From a virus (taxonomy: Duplodnaviria > Caudoviricetes), in IMG/VR virus record IMGVR_UViG_3300037782_000038, positions 1-46,537 of that record: a DNA stretch of 46,537 bases; one strand, written 5' to 3'. A model generated the notes under the pieces. That model was not told the DNA's origin and ran no database searches. It saw only the letters and a list, made by a program, of their open reading frames with translations. The position numbers and the translations under genes were made by a program. This document shows positions 1 to 9,117 of the stretch, one piece after another (position 1 is the stretch's first letter; each line of letters starts with the position of its first letter).

Positions 1-1905
1 AACTCATAAGGATTTACAAACACTCAAATCATCAGCACACTTACGCTTGATGATTTTGGTCATGTAACAGGATTGACCAAGTAGGCGATAAACTTTTTTG
101 CAAGCGATAATTATCAGAACTGGAGGATAACTGACGATAATGACACTCCTATAGGGAGCGTCACGTCAAACAGGCTTATAAAGTTTGCCGGCACAGGGTC
201 TGCGTCGACAAGCTACGATGATGGCACAGGTGTACTCACGATTGACGCTACAGACACAACCTATACCGCATCGGCTGGAATTCAAATTGTAGGAGGAGAC
301 ATACAGCACTCAACTTCATCAACAGGAAATGTTACCACAACAGCCGTTGAAGTAATAGCATCGTTAGACATTGACGCATACGGACACGTTACTGACCATG
401 CATTGAGAGTTCTTAATTATGACAATTACTCGGCTTGGAATATTACAGACGGGATACAGATAGGAGGAGTAACTTCAGGGCGTACTATTCAATTTACAGG
501 AGGTGGGACTACAACTGTCACGTATGATGATGTCGCTGGGCAGGTTACAATTTCTTCAACAGATAGCGATACAATTTACGATATTACGTCTCCTTCAGCA
601 GCCACAACGATACAGCTTTTAGAGGATGCAAGCACTAAGTCTACAATAAGTTTTGCAGTAGATGCTGGCATAAGTCTGGATGGTACTACGGTTGACGAGA
701 TACGAATAGGACATGCTGACACGTCAACTGTTTCTAACTATAGCGGATCCAATACTCAAATAATCACGTCTATTAATTTTGATTCTTTTGGTCACGTTAT
801 CGGGTATACTGATGCGCCAATGGACACTTACGACAATTATGTTAGTTGGGGGTTGATAGTAAATTCTGTGTCTCCTGCTTTAGATATAACAAGCGGATTT
901 GAAGTGAATGTGGTTGGAGGGAGTTTAATAGACGCATCATTAACATCATCCGCCGGATCAGGTAACATAACTATTGACCATGATAACATTACATGGTTCG
1001 GGGTTTCTTCACCGATAGCTAGCGATCAAAGAATCGTATCTTGGACATTTGATTCTGTAGGACATATAAACGGTTTTGGAATAGTTACTGATGATCCTAA
1101 GCTGTTTAATATAAGAGGAGGGGATAGTGTTACAGGCACAGATGTTACAAAGCTTGATAATGTTGTTATTCAAGCAGGAAACGATCATACATATGTTAGC
1201 TCATCACCTACGCTAGCCTCTTTAGAAATAACAAATTCAACTTCAGGAAGCCCTCATGAAATAACCATCAAACATAAAGCTCCTCTTCCTGCAGAACCAA
1301 CCCTTGAAGATGTGACTGGGGCAGGGTATTTGTGGAACTTGAAGATAGAGGACGGACACGTTACTGATGTGAATCAGAACGTAAGGCCTACAGCATCGTT
1401 CCCGTCAAATAAGATAGAGATAACCGACAAGGATGACCCTACTAAAAAGGCTACGTTTGACGCTTCATCTATATCCACATCGACAACTGTTAATGTAGAC
1501 TTGTCAAAAGTAAACACAGCTGTTCAGCCGGGAGACAACGTAAGCAGCCTTACAAACGACGCCGGATACATCACATCTGCCCCGTCAACAACGCAGACTG
1601 ACTATATCTCTGTAACAATTGAGGCTCCGACAGATAAAGACTACATACTTTTAAACAAACTTCCGTTTGGAATGACTTTGACAAAGATGGAGTATCAAAC
1701 AACTGCTGGAGAGCCTACAATACAATTAAAAAAGGGATCCACTCTGTTAGACACTGCAGTTTCTGCCACAACAACGCAGGCCACAAAGACCTTTTCAGGA
1801 GGGATATCTTTAACAGACGCAGACTCATTAAAGCTCACTGTCTCTGACTCTGAAGGGGCAGAAGATTTGAATGTAGTAATTGTTTACACTTATACTTTAT
1901 CGTAA
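1..1905 (+). CDS. Tail fibre / repeat-containing virion protein, 5'-truncated by the window; in-frame stops at 7-9 and 82-84
   Basis: Frame 1 is open from 85 to TAA 1903-1905. Thr/Ser/Gly-rich, with recurring D-x-[FYV]-G-H-[VI] and DNYxxW motifs that continue upstream of the track's TTG start at 403 (LDDFGHVTG at 46-72, IDAYGHVTD at 370-396). Confidence 0.7.
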
Positions 1906-2597
1906 TGGCTCCACACATGATATTTTTCGAAGCTCCTTCGGGCCCTCCATCTCCAGTGACTTCAGGGTTGCTAATGTATATGGATGCGGGAAATTCCTCT
2001 TCTTATCCGGGAGCAGGGACAACGTGGACTTGTTTGCAGGGGTCAGGAGAGGCAACTCTTTTAGGAACAGGTGCGCCTGTATATAGTTCTGCAGACGGAG
2101 GGTATATAGATTTTAATAATGAAAGGTACGCTAATTCAACTTCTCAATTTACTGGATTGAATGCGTTAACTATATTTACATTTATAAAAATCCCAACTAC
2201 AGCTTCAAATTATGATCCAATTATATTTAGCAGAAGTGCTACAAGTATAACAGGACTAAACTTTGGATTTAACACTAGACTGGCCATTCACCATAATGGA
2301 ACTATAAAGACTAGCAACATAACCCCTCCTTTAAATGAATGGATAATGGTTGCTGTGTCTATTTCTTCATCATCTGCTATTTTTTATCAAGGTAGAAGCA
2401 CAGGTATAACAAGTAATTCAGTTTCAGGGACATACACAACCTGCGCTATGGATAATATTGGAATATGTATTGATAGAAATATTACGTTTAGAAATGGAAA
2501 TTTAGATATGTCTGTAGCAATGATATACAATAGAGCTTTGTCGGCAGCAGAAATTACAGAAAATTTTGATATTTTTAAAGGAAGATATGGATACTAA
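1905..2597 (+). CDS. Concanavalin A/LamG-like lectin domain tail protein (putative receptor binding)
   Basis: GLLMYMDAGNSSSYPGAGTTW N-terminus, LNEWIMVAVS and IYNRALSAAEITENF are LamG-3-type motifs. Start coupled to the upstream stop (TAATG). Confidence 0.8.
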   Translation: MAPHMIFFEAPSGPPSPVTSGLLMYMDAGNSSSYPGAGTTWTCLQGSGEATLLGTGAPVYSSADGGYIDFNNERYANSTSQFTGLNALTIFTFIKIPTTASNYDPIIFSRSATSITGLNFGFNTRLAIHHNGTIKTSNITPPLNEWIMVAVSISSSSAIFYQGRSTGITSNSVSGTYTTCAMDNIGICIDRNITFRNGNLDMSVAMIYNRALSAAEITENFDIFKGRYGY

Positions 2598-2853
2598 TAG
2601 CATTACATTAAATTTGGAAAAAGACGCTAAAAATTACTCTTTCTGGAGACAGAATGGCAAAATTTTTTTAACATACACTCATTCAGAATCGCAGGAAGAA
2701 TCAGCGGAGGGAGATGTAATTATTAGTAATTTAGTAAACTATATTGAAATAGATTTAAAAACAAAAGAAGAAATTGGAGTAGTCGATGAAAAAAACATGA
2801 TAGATTATAAGTTGGTGACAATATCAAAGCTATCTAACAACAGCATGAAGTAA
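2587..2853 (+). CDS. Hypothetical protein, possibly tail-fibre associated
   Basis: ORF fills the gap after the lectin gene. ATG at 2587 (MDTNS) preferred over 2566 because of the shorter overlap. Confidence 0.55.
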   Translation: MDTNSITLNLEKDAKNYSFWRQNGKIFLTYTHSESQEESAEGDVIISNLVNYIEIDLKTKEEIGVVDEKNMIDYKLVTISKLSNNSMK

Positions 2854-2860
2854 AAAAGAA

Positions 2861-3139
2861 ATGAACGACATTTTATCATACATAATACCACCTGTTGTAA
2901 CAGGAATTGTGTCTTTCTTCGCCGGAAGAAAGATGAATAAGTCTAAACTAGAAACCAACGAGCTTTCTAATGTCAAAGATTCTATCGAGATATATCGAGA
3001 CATTATCGAAGATCTAAAGCGACAAATAGAAGAGATGCGAAAAAATATATCTGAAATCGATGAAGATAATAAAAAATTACACGAAGATATTAAATCGCTT
3101 AAGGAGGAAAATGAAAAGCTTAGAAAAAATACGATCTGA
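2861..3139 (+). CDS. Putative holin (N-terminal TM helix plus coiled coil)
   Basis: Hydrophobic ILSYIIPPVVTGIVSFFAG followed by a heptad coiled coil; directly upstream of the cell-wall peptidase. Confidence 0.55.
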   Translation: MNDILSYIIPPVVTGIVSFFAGRKMNKSKLETNELSNVKDSIEIYRDIIEDLKRQIEEMRKNISEIDEDNKKLHEDIKSLKEENEKLRKNTI

Positions 3140-3524
3140 GAAAATATATCTGAAGAGATATTCGGATGATGGTGTACAGACTTTGGGAAAAATGGCTGTT
3201 GGAATGCATAGCTTTCATACCCTTGAACTTCCATGGAAAAACAATGAACGGAGAGTTTCATGTATACCGAAAGGGGAATACAAAGCTATCAAACATTCAT
3301 CGCCAAAGTTTGGGAAAAGCTTTTGGATCAGAGAGGTCCCGGGAAGGTCGGAGATCCTGATTCATGCTGGAAATTACTACACCGACATACTTGGATGTAT
3401 TCTTGTGGGGACCGGCAAAATGGATATAAATGGAGACGGGAACCCAGATGTTACGAGTTCCCGTCATGCTATGAATAAGCTGTATGATATCCTTCCGGAT
3501 GAATTTAACTTGGTGATTTTCTGA
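3111..3524 (+). CDS. DUF5675-family L,D-peptidase-like protein, probable endolysin
   Basis: TLGKM..TLELPW..SCIPKGEY..VPGRSEILIHAGN..DILGCILVG matches the DUF5675 His/Cys motif pattern. Start set at ATG 3111. Confidence 0.8.
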   Translation: MKSLEKIRSEKIYLKRYSDDGVQTLGKMAVGMHSFHTLELPWKNNERRVSCIPKGEYKAIKHSSPKFGKSFWIREVPGRSEILIHAGNYYTDILGCILVGTGKMDINGDGNPDVTSSRHAMNKLYDILPDEFNLVIF

Positions 3525-3975
3525 CAATCGAAATGGATCGTATTGCGGTCTGTTTTCGGTGAAGCAGTGCAGTACCATTCTTATTGTAAATTATAGGGTC
3601 ATCCGAGTCTATCTCTTCGATCTGGTATCCATCTCCCGGTGATACTATAATATTCTTTCCAGAGACAACCATTGAATCTAAGTATAAATCGGCCTGCCCA
3701 CTATCTCCAGATATCTTTATCATTGCCCACTGGTTAGACGTAGGGTCCTCTGCGACACCAACTATCTCGAAATATGATTCAAAATAATAAGCGATTCCTT
3801 CACCACTGAAGTATGTCCATTCAAAAGAGTCGATTGACTGTTTTTCAGATTCTATATCGACGAGGAACTGAACGACCTCAACACTTTTTTCGGTCGGGAC
3901 AACTGGCGGAGATGTCTTCGAGCAAGACACGAGCATCATGGCTAAGGCCATGAAAGCGAAAATTAAATTTTTCAT
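3505..3975 (-). CDS. Lipoprotein of unknown function (inverted moron in the lysis cassette)
   Basis: MKNLIFAFMALAMMLVSC is a signal peptidase II signal with lipobox LVSC; own TATATTTG box 28 nt upstream. Confidence 0.75.
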   Translation of the reverse strand: MKNLIFAFMALAMMLVSCSKTSPPVVPTEKSVEVVQFLVDIESEKQSIDSFEWTYFSGEGIAYYFESYFEIVGVAEDPTSNQWAMIKISGDSGQADLYLDSMVVSGKNIIVSPGDGYQIEEIDSDDPIIYNKNGTALLHRKQTAIRSISIVRKSPS

Positions 3976-4002
3976 TTTCTTTGGTTTTGAGATTAATATC
4001 TT

Positions 4003-4019
4003 CAAATATAGTATTTTTG
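4003..4019. promoter_or_regulatory. Back-to-back Bacteroidota sigma-A -7 boxes: TATATTTG (- strand, 4003-4010) and TATTTTTG (+ strand, 4012-4019)
   Basis: Both match TAnnTTTG and lie in the 59-nt gap between divergent genes; a TTTG at 3986-3989 could be the -33 box of the + promoter. Confidence 0.65.
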
Positions 4020-4034
4020 CCTGAAAGATTGATT

Positions 4035-4466
4035 ATGAGGATATTGCTAATTGCGCTTACAACCACTTTACTGTTTTCATGCTCAGCTCAAAAGCATTTG
4101 GAGATCGCCCTAAGAAAGGACCCGTCAATAATAAAAGATTCGGTCACTGTTGACACCATATACATGGCTCCAATGATCTTGGAGGATTCTGTAGTTTTGC
4201 CAAAGCTCAAGCCTTGCGAGATAAACGAAACGATAAACTTCGACGATGGCATCATCCATGGCTCGATTGTAATCGTGGGTGATATAGTTAAATATACGAT
4301 AAATACCCGACCTGTAAAGAAACCCGTTCGAATAACCCACAGGACCGTCACGATAAGAAAGAAGAAGCCGAAGCCGGATAGAATAGAGCAATTTATAGCG
4401 CTTGCGTGGGTAATTGCTATTATCCTCATAATTGGACTAATATCCAATATATTTCGAAGGAAATGA
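4035..4466 (+). CDS. Putative unimolecular spanin (N-terminal lipobox, C-terminal TM helix)
   Basis: MRILLIALTTTLLFSC lipoprotein signal, beta-rich middle, C-terminal FIALAWVIAIILIIGLISNIF-RRK; lysis-cassette context. Confidence 0.65.
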   Translation: MRILLIALTTTLLFSCSAQKHLEIALRKDPSIIKDSVTVDTIYMAPMILEDSVVLPKLKPCEINETINFDDGIIHGSIVIVGDIVKYTINTRPVKKPVRITHRTVTIRKKKPKPDRIEQFIALAWVIAIILIIGLISNIFRRK

Positions 4467-4476
4467 ATATTATTCA

Positions 4477-4484
4477 TATCTTTG
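4477..4484 (+). promoter_or_regulatory. Bacteroidota -7 promoter box TATCTTTG
   Basis: Intergenic, 25 nt upstream of ATG 4510. Confidence 0.6.
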
Positions 4485-4509
4485 TCCTGAACAAATAAAA
4501 TTCATTACA

Positions 4510-4782
4510 ATGACTAAGTTAAAACAAGAGCAATTAGACGCCTTAAGAAGTCTTCAACAACAAAGCGCTCAAGCTAAGATTGAAATGGCAGATGCGGAAA
4601 TCGCAAAGCTGTCAGCTGTAGGAAAATACAGAGCGGTTCAGGAAGAGTACAAAAAGCTAGAGAAAACTTTAGCTGAAGAGTACGGAGAGAACTGCACGAT
4701 CAATATTGATACGGGAGAGGTAACAGCTCCTGACGCAGGAGACAAGCAAGCTCCTAATGCTGAGATGAGCGTGGTAAAATAA
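4510..4782 (+). CDS. Small coiled-coil phage protein
   Basis: 90-aa helical ORF with LAEEYGENCTINIDTGEV, a pattern common in small phage proteins; promoter upstream. Confidence 0.7.
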   Translation: MTKLKQEQLDALRSLQQQSAQAKIEMADAEIAKLSAVGKYRAVQEEYKKLEKTLAEEYGENCTINIDTGEVTAPDAGDKQAPNAEMSVVK

Positions 4783-4791
4783 TAAAACCGC

Positions 4792-5643
4792 ATGCCTAAG
4801 ATAGTCACATACTCAACGGTAACTCCAAGTCCTACCGACCTAATCCCCGGTACTGACGTAAGCGATTCAAACAAGACTGTAAACTACACAGCTCAAGGGA
4901 TCGCAAATCTTGCGCCAGTTCCAAGCCTTGACGCTGTTTTAAATGTTGGCAATTCATCTAGTGTAGATGTCATCTTAAACTCTGAGCTGACTGTAAACAA
5001 GATCAACTTCTCTACGTCAACTCAGACAATATCTGCCGCAGGACAGATGGGATGGAATGACGACGAAGGAACGTTAGACTTAGGGTTAAAAGGAGGCTCT
5101 GTTGTACTTCAGATTGGACAGGAACTTGTGGTAAGAGCTCTGAATAAAACAGGAGCTCCACTTTTGGAAAGCGAATTTAGAGTTGTTCGAGTAACTGGAG
5201 CACAGGGAGACAGACTATCTATCGATTTTGCAGATGCTTCAGACGCAAGTTTAAGCCAGTCAACAATAGGCGTTGTCACCGAGTCTTTTGACAACAACCA
5301 ACAAGGTTTTGTAACAACGTTTGGGATAGTCCGTAACATCAACACAACAGGTTCTCCATTTGGAGAGAGTTGGGCTGAAGGTGATCCTTTGTATCTATCT
5401 GACTCAACTCCGGGGCATATAACAAACGTTGAGCCAACATCTCCAAGCTTTGTCGTAAGACTTGGCTATGTCGTGAGAGTGAACGCCAACAATGGGATGA
5501 TTTTCGTCAAGGTAGACTCCGGCTATCTTTTGGGCGAAATACACGATATTTTAATATCTGCCGCTCAGGATGGAGATGTACTGATTTATGAGTCAGCAAC
5601 AGGCTTATGGAAGAATGTTCAGCCAACCATGAATGTTTTGTGA
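4792..5643 (+). CDS. Virion fibre/appendage-like protein
   Basis: SLDAVLNVGN repeat element, GFVTTFGIVRNINT..EGDPLYLS..G beta-clip-like fibre domain, and the LGEIHDILISAAQDGDVLIYESATGLWKN tail motif. Confidence 0.6.
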   Translation: MPKIVTYSTVTPSPTDLIPGTDVSDSNKTVNYTAQGIANLAPVPSLDAVLNVGNSSSVDVILNSELTVNKINFSTSTQTISAAGQMGWNDDEGTLDLGLKGGSVVLQIGQELVVRALNKTGAPLLESEFRVVRVTGAQGDRLSIDFADASDASLSQSTIGVVTESFDNNQQGFVTTFGIVRNINTTGSPFGESWAEGDPLYLSDSTPGHITNVEPTSPSFVVRLGYVVRVNANNGMIFVKVDSGYLLGEIHDILISAAQDGDVLIYESATGLWKNVQPTMNVL

Positions 5644-5668
5644 TCTTACCTTTACAAGGTAACCAAGG

Positions 5669-5698
5669 ATGCCTCGCTTAGCGGGGCATTTCTTTTTT
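5669..5698 (+). terminator. Rho-independent terminator
   Basis: ATGCCTCGC-TTA-GCGGGGCAT hairpin followed by TTCTTTTTT. Confidence 0.8.
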
Positions 5699-5701
5699 CA
5701 T

Positions 5702-5709
5702 TAAATTTG
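5702..5709 (+). promoter_or_regulatory. Bacteroidota -7 promoter box TAAATTTG
   Basis: Immediately after the terminator and 16 nt before the packaging operon. Confidence 0.55.
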
Positions 5710-5725
5710 TCTAAAATTAAATACA

Positions 5726-5959
5726 ATGCAAATAATAAGAAGATTATCAGTAGGCCCGGATTACAAGAACGGGGCTATGCATTTTATACGAAATCAAAAG
5801 GTCTTGGGAGACACTCATGTCATTCATGAGATACGAGGGGTCGAGAGTGATTTTGGGGTTTGTTACGAGGTATGGGTAAAAGGTCCTGAAGAAAAGGTTA
5901 AGCTTTGGAAAGTGATCGAAAACATGCCCGTTATGGTGGAAATGTACATAGACTTTTGA
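5726..5959 (+). CDS. Hypothetical phage protein
   Basis: 77-aa ORF with an A-rich leader, tightly linked to the next gene. Confidence 0.7.
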   Translation: MQIIRRLSVGPDYKNGAMHFIRNQKVLGDTHVIHEIRGVESDFGVCYEVWVKGPEEKVKLWKVIENMPVMVEMYIDF

Positions 5960-5960
5960 T

Positions 5961-6530
5961 ATGAAATCACCTACTGACTTTATATGCGAGCCGAAAGATG
6001 GCCGGAGATACGACAATACCAAGAAGTTTGGAGATGTAGACTTTATCATAAGCTCCTCGGAAGAGGATCACAAAGTCTCCAACAGGATAGCGGTCGTTCA
6101 TGAGCTTCCAAGCAGATACGAGGGGCCTATTAAGAAAGGCGCCGAACTCATCGTACATCACAATGTGTTCAAATACTACAATGACATCAAAGGAAATAAA
6201 AAGAGCGGCAAGAGTTTTTTAAGAGACAATCTGTTCATGCTTGACTCTTATCAGGTGTTCGCATTTAAGAATCCGGGGTGCGAGTGGGTATCTTTAGACG
6301 GATATTCATTTGTAAAACCTGTGAAAGGGCAGGAGCTTCGTCCAATGAAAGCACACAGAGGGTTTGATGATTTAAGAGGGAGAGTAGCTATGAAAAGTCC
6401 GTATTTGAGTGAAAAAGGAGTAAAGATTGGAGATATGGTGTTCTTTGCTCCAGACAGCGAGTACGAATTTCGAATTGACGGAGAGCTGATGTACAGAGTG
6501 ATGGATCAAAGCATATTCGCTACGCTATGA
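5961..6530 (+). CDS. Tandem GroES-like (co-chaperonin fold) protein
   Basis: Two GroES-like halves: AVVHELP..IKKGAELIVH and FVKPV..GRVAM..GVKIGDMVFF..EYEFRIDGELMYRVMDQSIFA. Confidence 0.65.
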   Translation: MKSPTDFICEPKDGRRYDNTKKFGDVDFIISSSEEDHKVSNRIAVVHELPSRYEGPIKKGAELIVHHNVFKYYNDIKGNKKSGKSFLRDNLFMLDSYQVFAFKNPGCEWVSLDGYSFVKPVKGQELRPMKAHRGFDDLRGRVAMKSPYLSEKGVKIGDMVFFAPDSEYEFRIDGELMYRVMDQSIFATL

Positions 6531-6862
6531 AAAAGAAAGAAGAGTCAACGCTAGAGCTAAAAAAGAGTTTAATATCAGCGTCAAGAGATGCGGTAAAAGA
6601 GCTTATTGAGGTGGCCAAAAAGAAGATATTTGACACCTCCGCAAAAAGATACTCTACTGAAGAAGAGGACGACAGTCCGGAGGCTAAAGAGTTAGCTGCG
6701 GACAGATTAAAAAATGCGGCTGCAGCTAAAAAGACAGCCATATTCGATGCTTTTGACATCCTTGACAGAATAGACATGGAAGAAGAGGCTATTAAAGCCG
6801 CAGAAACTTCTGGAGGAGAAGTTCAGACAGGCGGATTTGCGGAAAGAAGAAGCAAAAAGTAA
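6527..6862 (+). CDS. Putative terminase small subunit
   Basis: Small helical ORF directly upstream of the large terminase; call is positional. Confidence 0.5.
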   Translation: MKKKEESTLELKKSLISASRDAVKELIEVAKKKIFDTSAKRYSTEEEDDSPEAKELAADRLKNAAAAKKTAIFDAFDILDRIDMEEEAIKAAETSGGEVQTGGFAERRSKK

Positions 6863-6867
6863 GACCA

Positions 6868-9117
6868 ATGCAGAGCTTAGGTATAGAGCATGATATTATG
6901 ATTACGTTGGAAGATGTGGTCCCAACCCCTCAGCTGTCCAGAGGGAATAGGCTGAAGAATTGGGAGTACGGATATAACGTCAAATATGATATCGTGATCA
7001 TATCTAAGGATGGGACTCTCGGAGAGATTGTAGAGATACAAGGGCTTCGAATAGGCCTACCTAAAGCTCCTTCAAAATGCCACTCAAGAAGCTCAGACCC
7101 GAAGAAACAATATTGGGAAAGAGAGAGCCAACCAGAGGATCTCAGGAAAATAAAAACTCTTTATCAATGGAATAAGAGACCGCCTGAATTTAAAAAGAAC
7201 TACGTATCCTACATAGAAGAGGAATTTGACAGAAGAGAAAACGGCTTTTGGTTCATGAGCAATGGTGAACCGGTGTATATAACGGGATCGCACTACATGT
7301 ACCTTCAATGGTGTAGTATAGACGTTGGATATCCTGATTTTAGATATGCAAACAAAGTTCTTTACTATTTTTGGGAAGCTTGCAAAGCTGATCCAAGATC
7401 ATATGGAATGATCTACCTTAAGATACGCCGATCAGGATTCTCTTTTATGGAGTCTAGTGAAGCGGTGAACTTAGGTACTCTTGCTAGCGACTCAAGGATA
7501 GGGATATTATCTAAGACCGGTGCTGACGCTAAAAAAATGTTCACCGACAAAGTCGTGAATATCAACAACAAGCTTCCGTTCTTTTTCAAGCCTATTATGG
7601 ACGGTATGGATAAACCGAAAACAGAACTTGCGTATCGTGTTCCGGCATCCAAGATCACCAAAAACAACATGCATACTGTCGGTGAGGATGATCAAGAAGG
7701 CTTGAACACCACGATTGACTGGAGAAATACAGAGGAAAACGCATATGACGGTGAAAAGCTATTATTCTTAGCTCATGATGAATCGGGTAAATGGGTCAAG
7801 CCAAACAATATCCTGAACAACTGGAGGGTTACCAAAACATGTCTCCGTGTTGGTAAAAAAATCATAGGCAAATGTATGATGGGCTCTACCTCTAACGCTC
7901 TTAGCAAAGGGGGAGAGAATTACCAAAAGTTATACAACGGGTCACGGGCAAAACAAAGGTCTGCGAACGGGCAAACAAAAACAGGGTTGTACGCACTTTT
8001 CATTCCGATGGAGTTCAACCTTGAAGGTTTTATCGATGTGTATGGCAATCCTGTGATGCGAAAGCCCGTAGAATCTGTTCTTGGAGTTGACGGGGAGATG
8101 ATCGATAATGGAGCTATTGACTTCTGGGACGCTGAGGTTGAGGCGTTGAAAAATGACCCGGACGCACTAAACGAACATTACAGACAGTTCCCAAGAACAG
8201 AGGATCACGCTTTCCGAGATGATAGCAAGGACTCTTTGTTCGATCTTACCAAAATATACGATCAGATAGATTACAATAACTCGTTCGTCAAAGGGCATCA
8301 CCTTACGAGAGGAAACTTTTCTTGGGAGAACGGGGTAAGAGACACGAAGGTGATATTTACACCGAGCAAAAACGGAAGATTCATATTGTCGTGGGTTCCC
8401 CCTGCAACCATGCAGAACAAGTGGTATGAGAAGAATGGGACAAAGTATCCCGCACTTTCGGAGATTGGAGCTTTTGGGTGTGATAGCTATGACATATCCG
8501 GCACAGTCGGAGGTGGGGGTAGTAACGGCGCACTCCATGGGCTTACAGGCACAAATATGGCGGACTATGCTCCGTCAAACGAATTCTTTTTGGAGTACAT
8601 CGCTAGACCAAAAACGGCTGAGATATTCTTTGAAGATGTCCTTATGGCAATAATTTTTTACTCAATGCCTATACTCGCAGAGAACAACAAACCAAGGCTT
8701 TTGTATCACATCAAAAACAGGGGGTATAGAGGTTTTAGCATGAATCGTCCAGACAAGCCGTACAAAAAGCTTTCGGTTACAGAGAAAGAGCTCGGAGGGA
8801 TACCTAACTCGAGTGAAGACGTAAAACAGACTCATGCCGCAGGGATTGAGTCATACATCAATGAGTATGTAGGAGTAGGCGACGGGCAATTTAGAGAGGC
8901 TGGAGAGATGGGCGTAATGCCGTTTAATAGAACGCTGTTAGATTGGGCAAAATTTGACATTGCTAACAGGACAAGATTTGACGCTTCGATAAGCTCAGGA
9001 CTGGCTATAATGGCGACTAGAAGACATCTCTACCAAACTAAAAAAGAAAAGTCAAAAATAAAAGTTAACTTTGCGAGATACAACAACAAAGGAATGCAAA
9101 GCTCTGCAGTACAATGA
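6868..9117 (+). CDS. terL: Terminase large subunit
   Basis: Walker A-like LKIRRSGFS, Walker B LAHDESGK, coupling motif GSTSN, nuclease GCDSYD and FDASISSGLA; precedes portal. Confidence 0.9.
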   Translation: MQSLGIEHDIMITLEDVVPTPQLSRGNRLKNWEYGYNVKYDIVIISKDGTLGEIVEIQGLRIGLPKAPSKCHSRSSDPKKQYWERESQPEDLRKIKTLYQWNKRPPEFKKNYVSYIEEEFDRRENGFWFMSNGEPVYITGSHYMYLQWCSIDVGYPDFRYANKVLYYFWEACKADPRSYGMIYLKIRRSGFSFMESSEAVNLGTLASDSRIGILSKTGADAKKMFTDKVVNINNKLPFFFKPIMDGMDKPKTELAYRVPASKITKNNMHTVGEDDQEGLNTTIDWRNTEENAYDGEKLLFLAHDESGKWVKPNNILNNWRVTKTCLRVGKKIIGKCMMGSTSNALSKGGENYQKLYNGSRAKQRSANGQTKTGLYALFIPMEFNLEGFIDVYGNPVMRKPVESVLGVDGEMIDNGAIDFWDAEVEALKNDPDALNEHYRQFPRTEDHAFRDDSKDSLFDLTKIYDQIDYNNSFVKGHHLTRGNFSWENGVRDTKVIFTPSKNGRFILSWVPPATMQNKWYEKNGTKYPALSEIGAFGCDSYDISGTVGGGGSNGALHGLTGTNMADYAPSNEFFLEYIARPKTAEIFFEDVLMAIIFYSMPILAENNKPRLLYHIKNRGYRGFSMNRPDKPYKKLSVTEKELGGIPNSSEDVKQTHAAGIESYINEYVGVGDGQFREAGEMGVMPFNRTLLDWAKFDIANRTRFDASISSGLAIMATRRHLYQTKKEKSKIKVNFARYNNKGMQSSAVQ

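Noticed and set aside
1-5643. Diversity-generating retroelement acting on fibre genes
   Set aside because: No reverse transcriptase in the window and no template/variable repeat pair differing at adenines seen.
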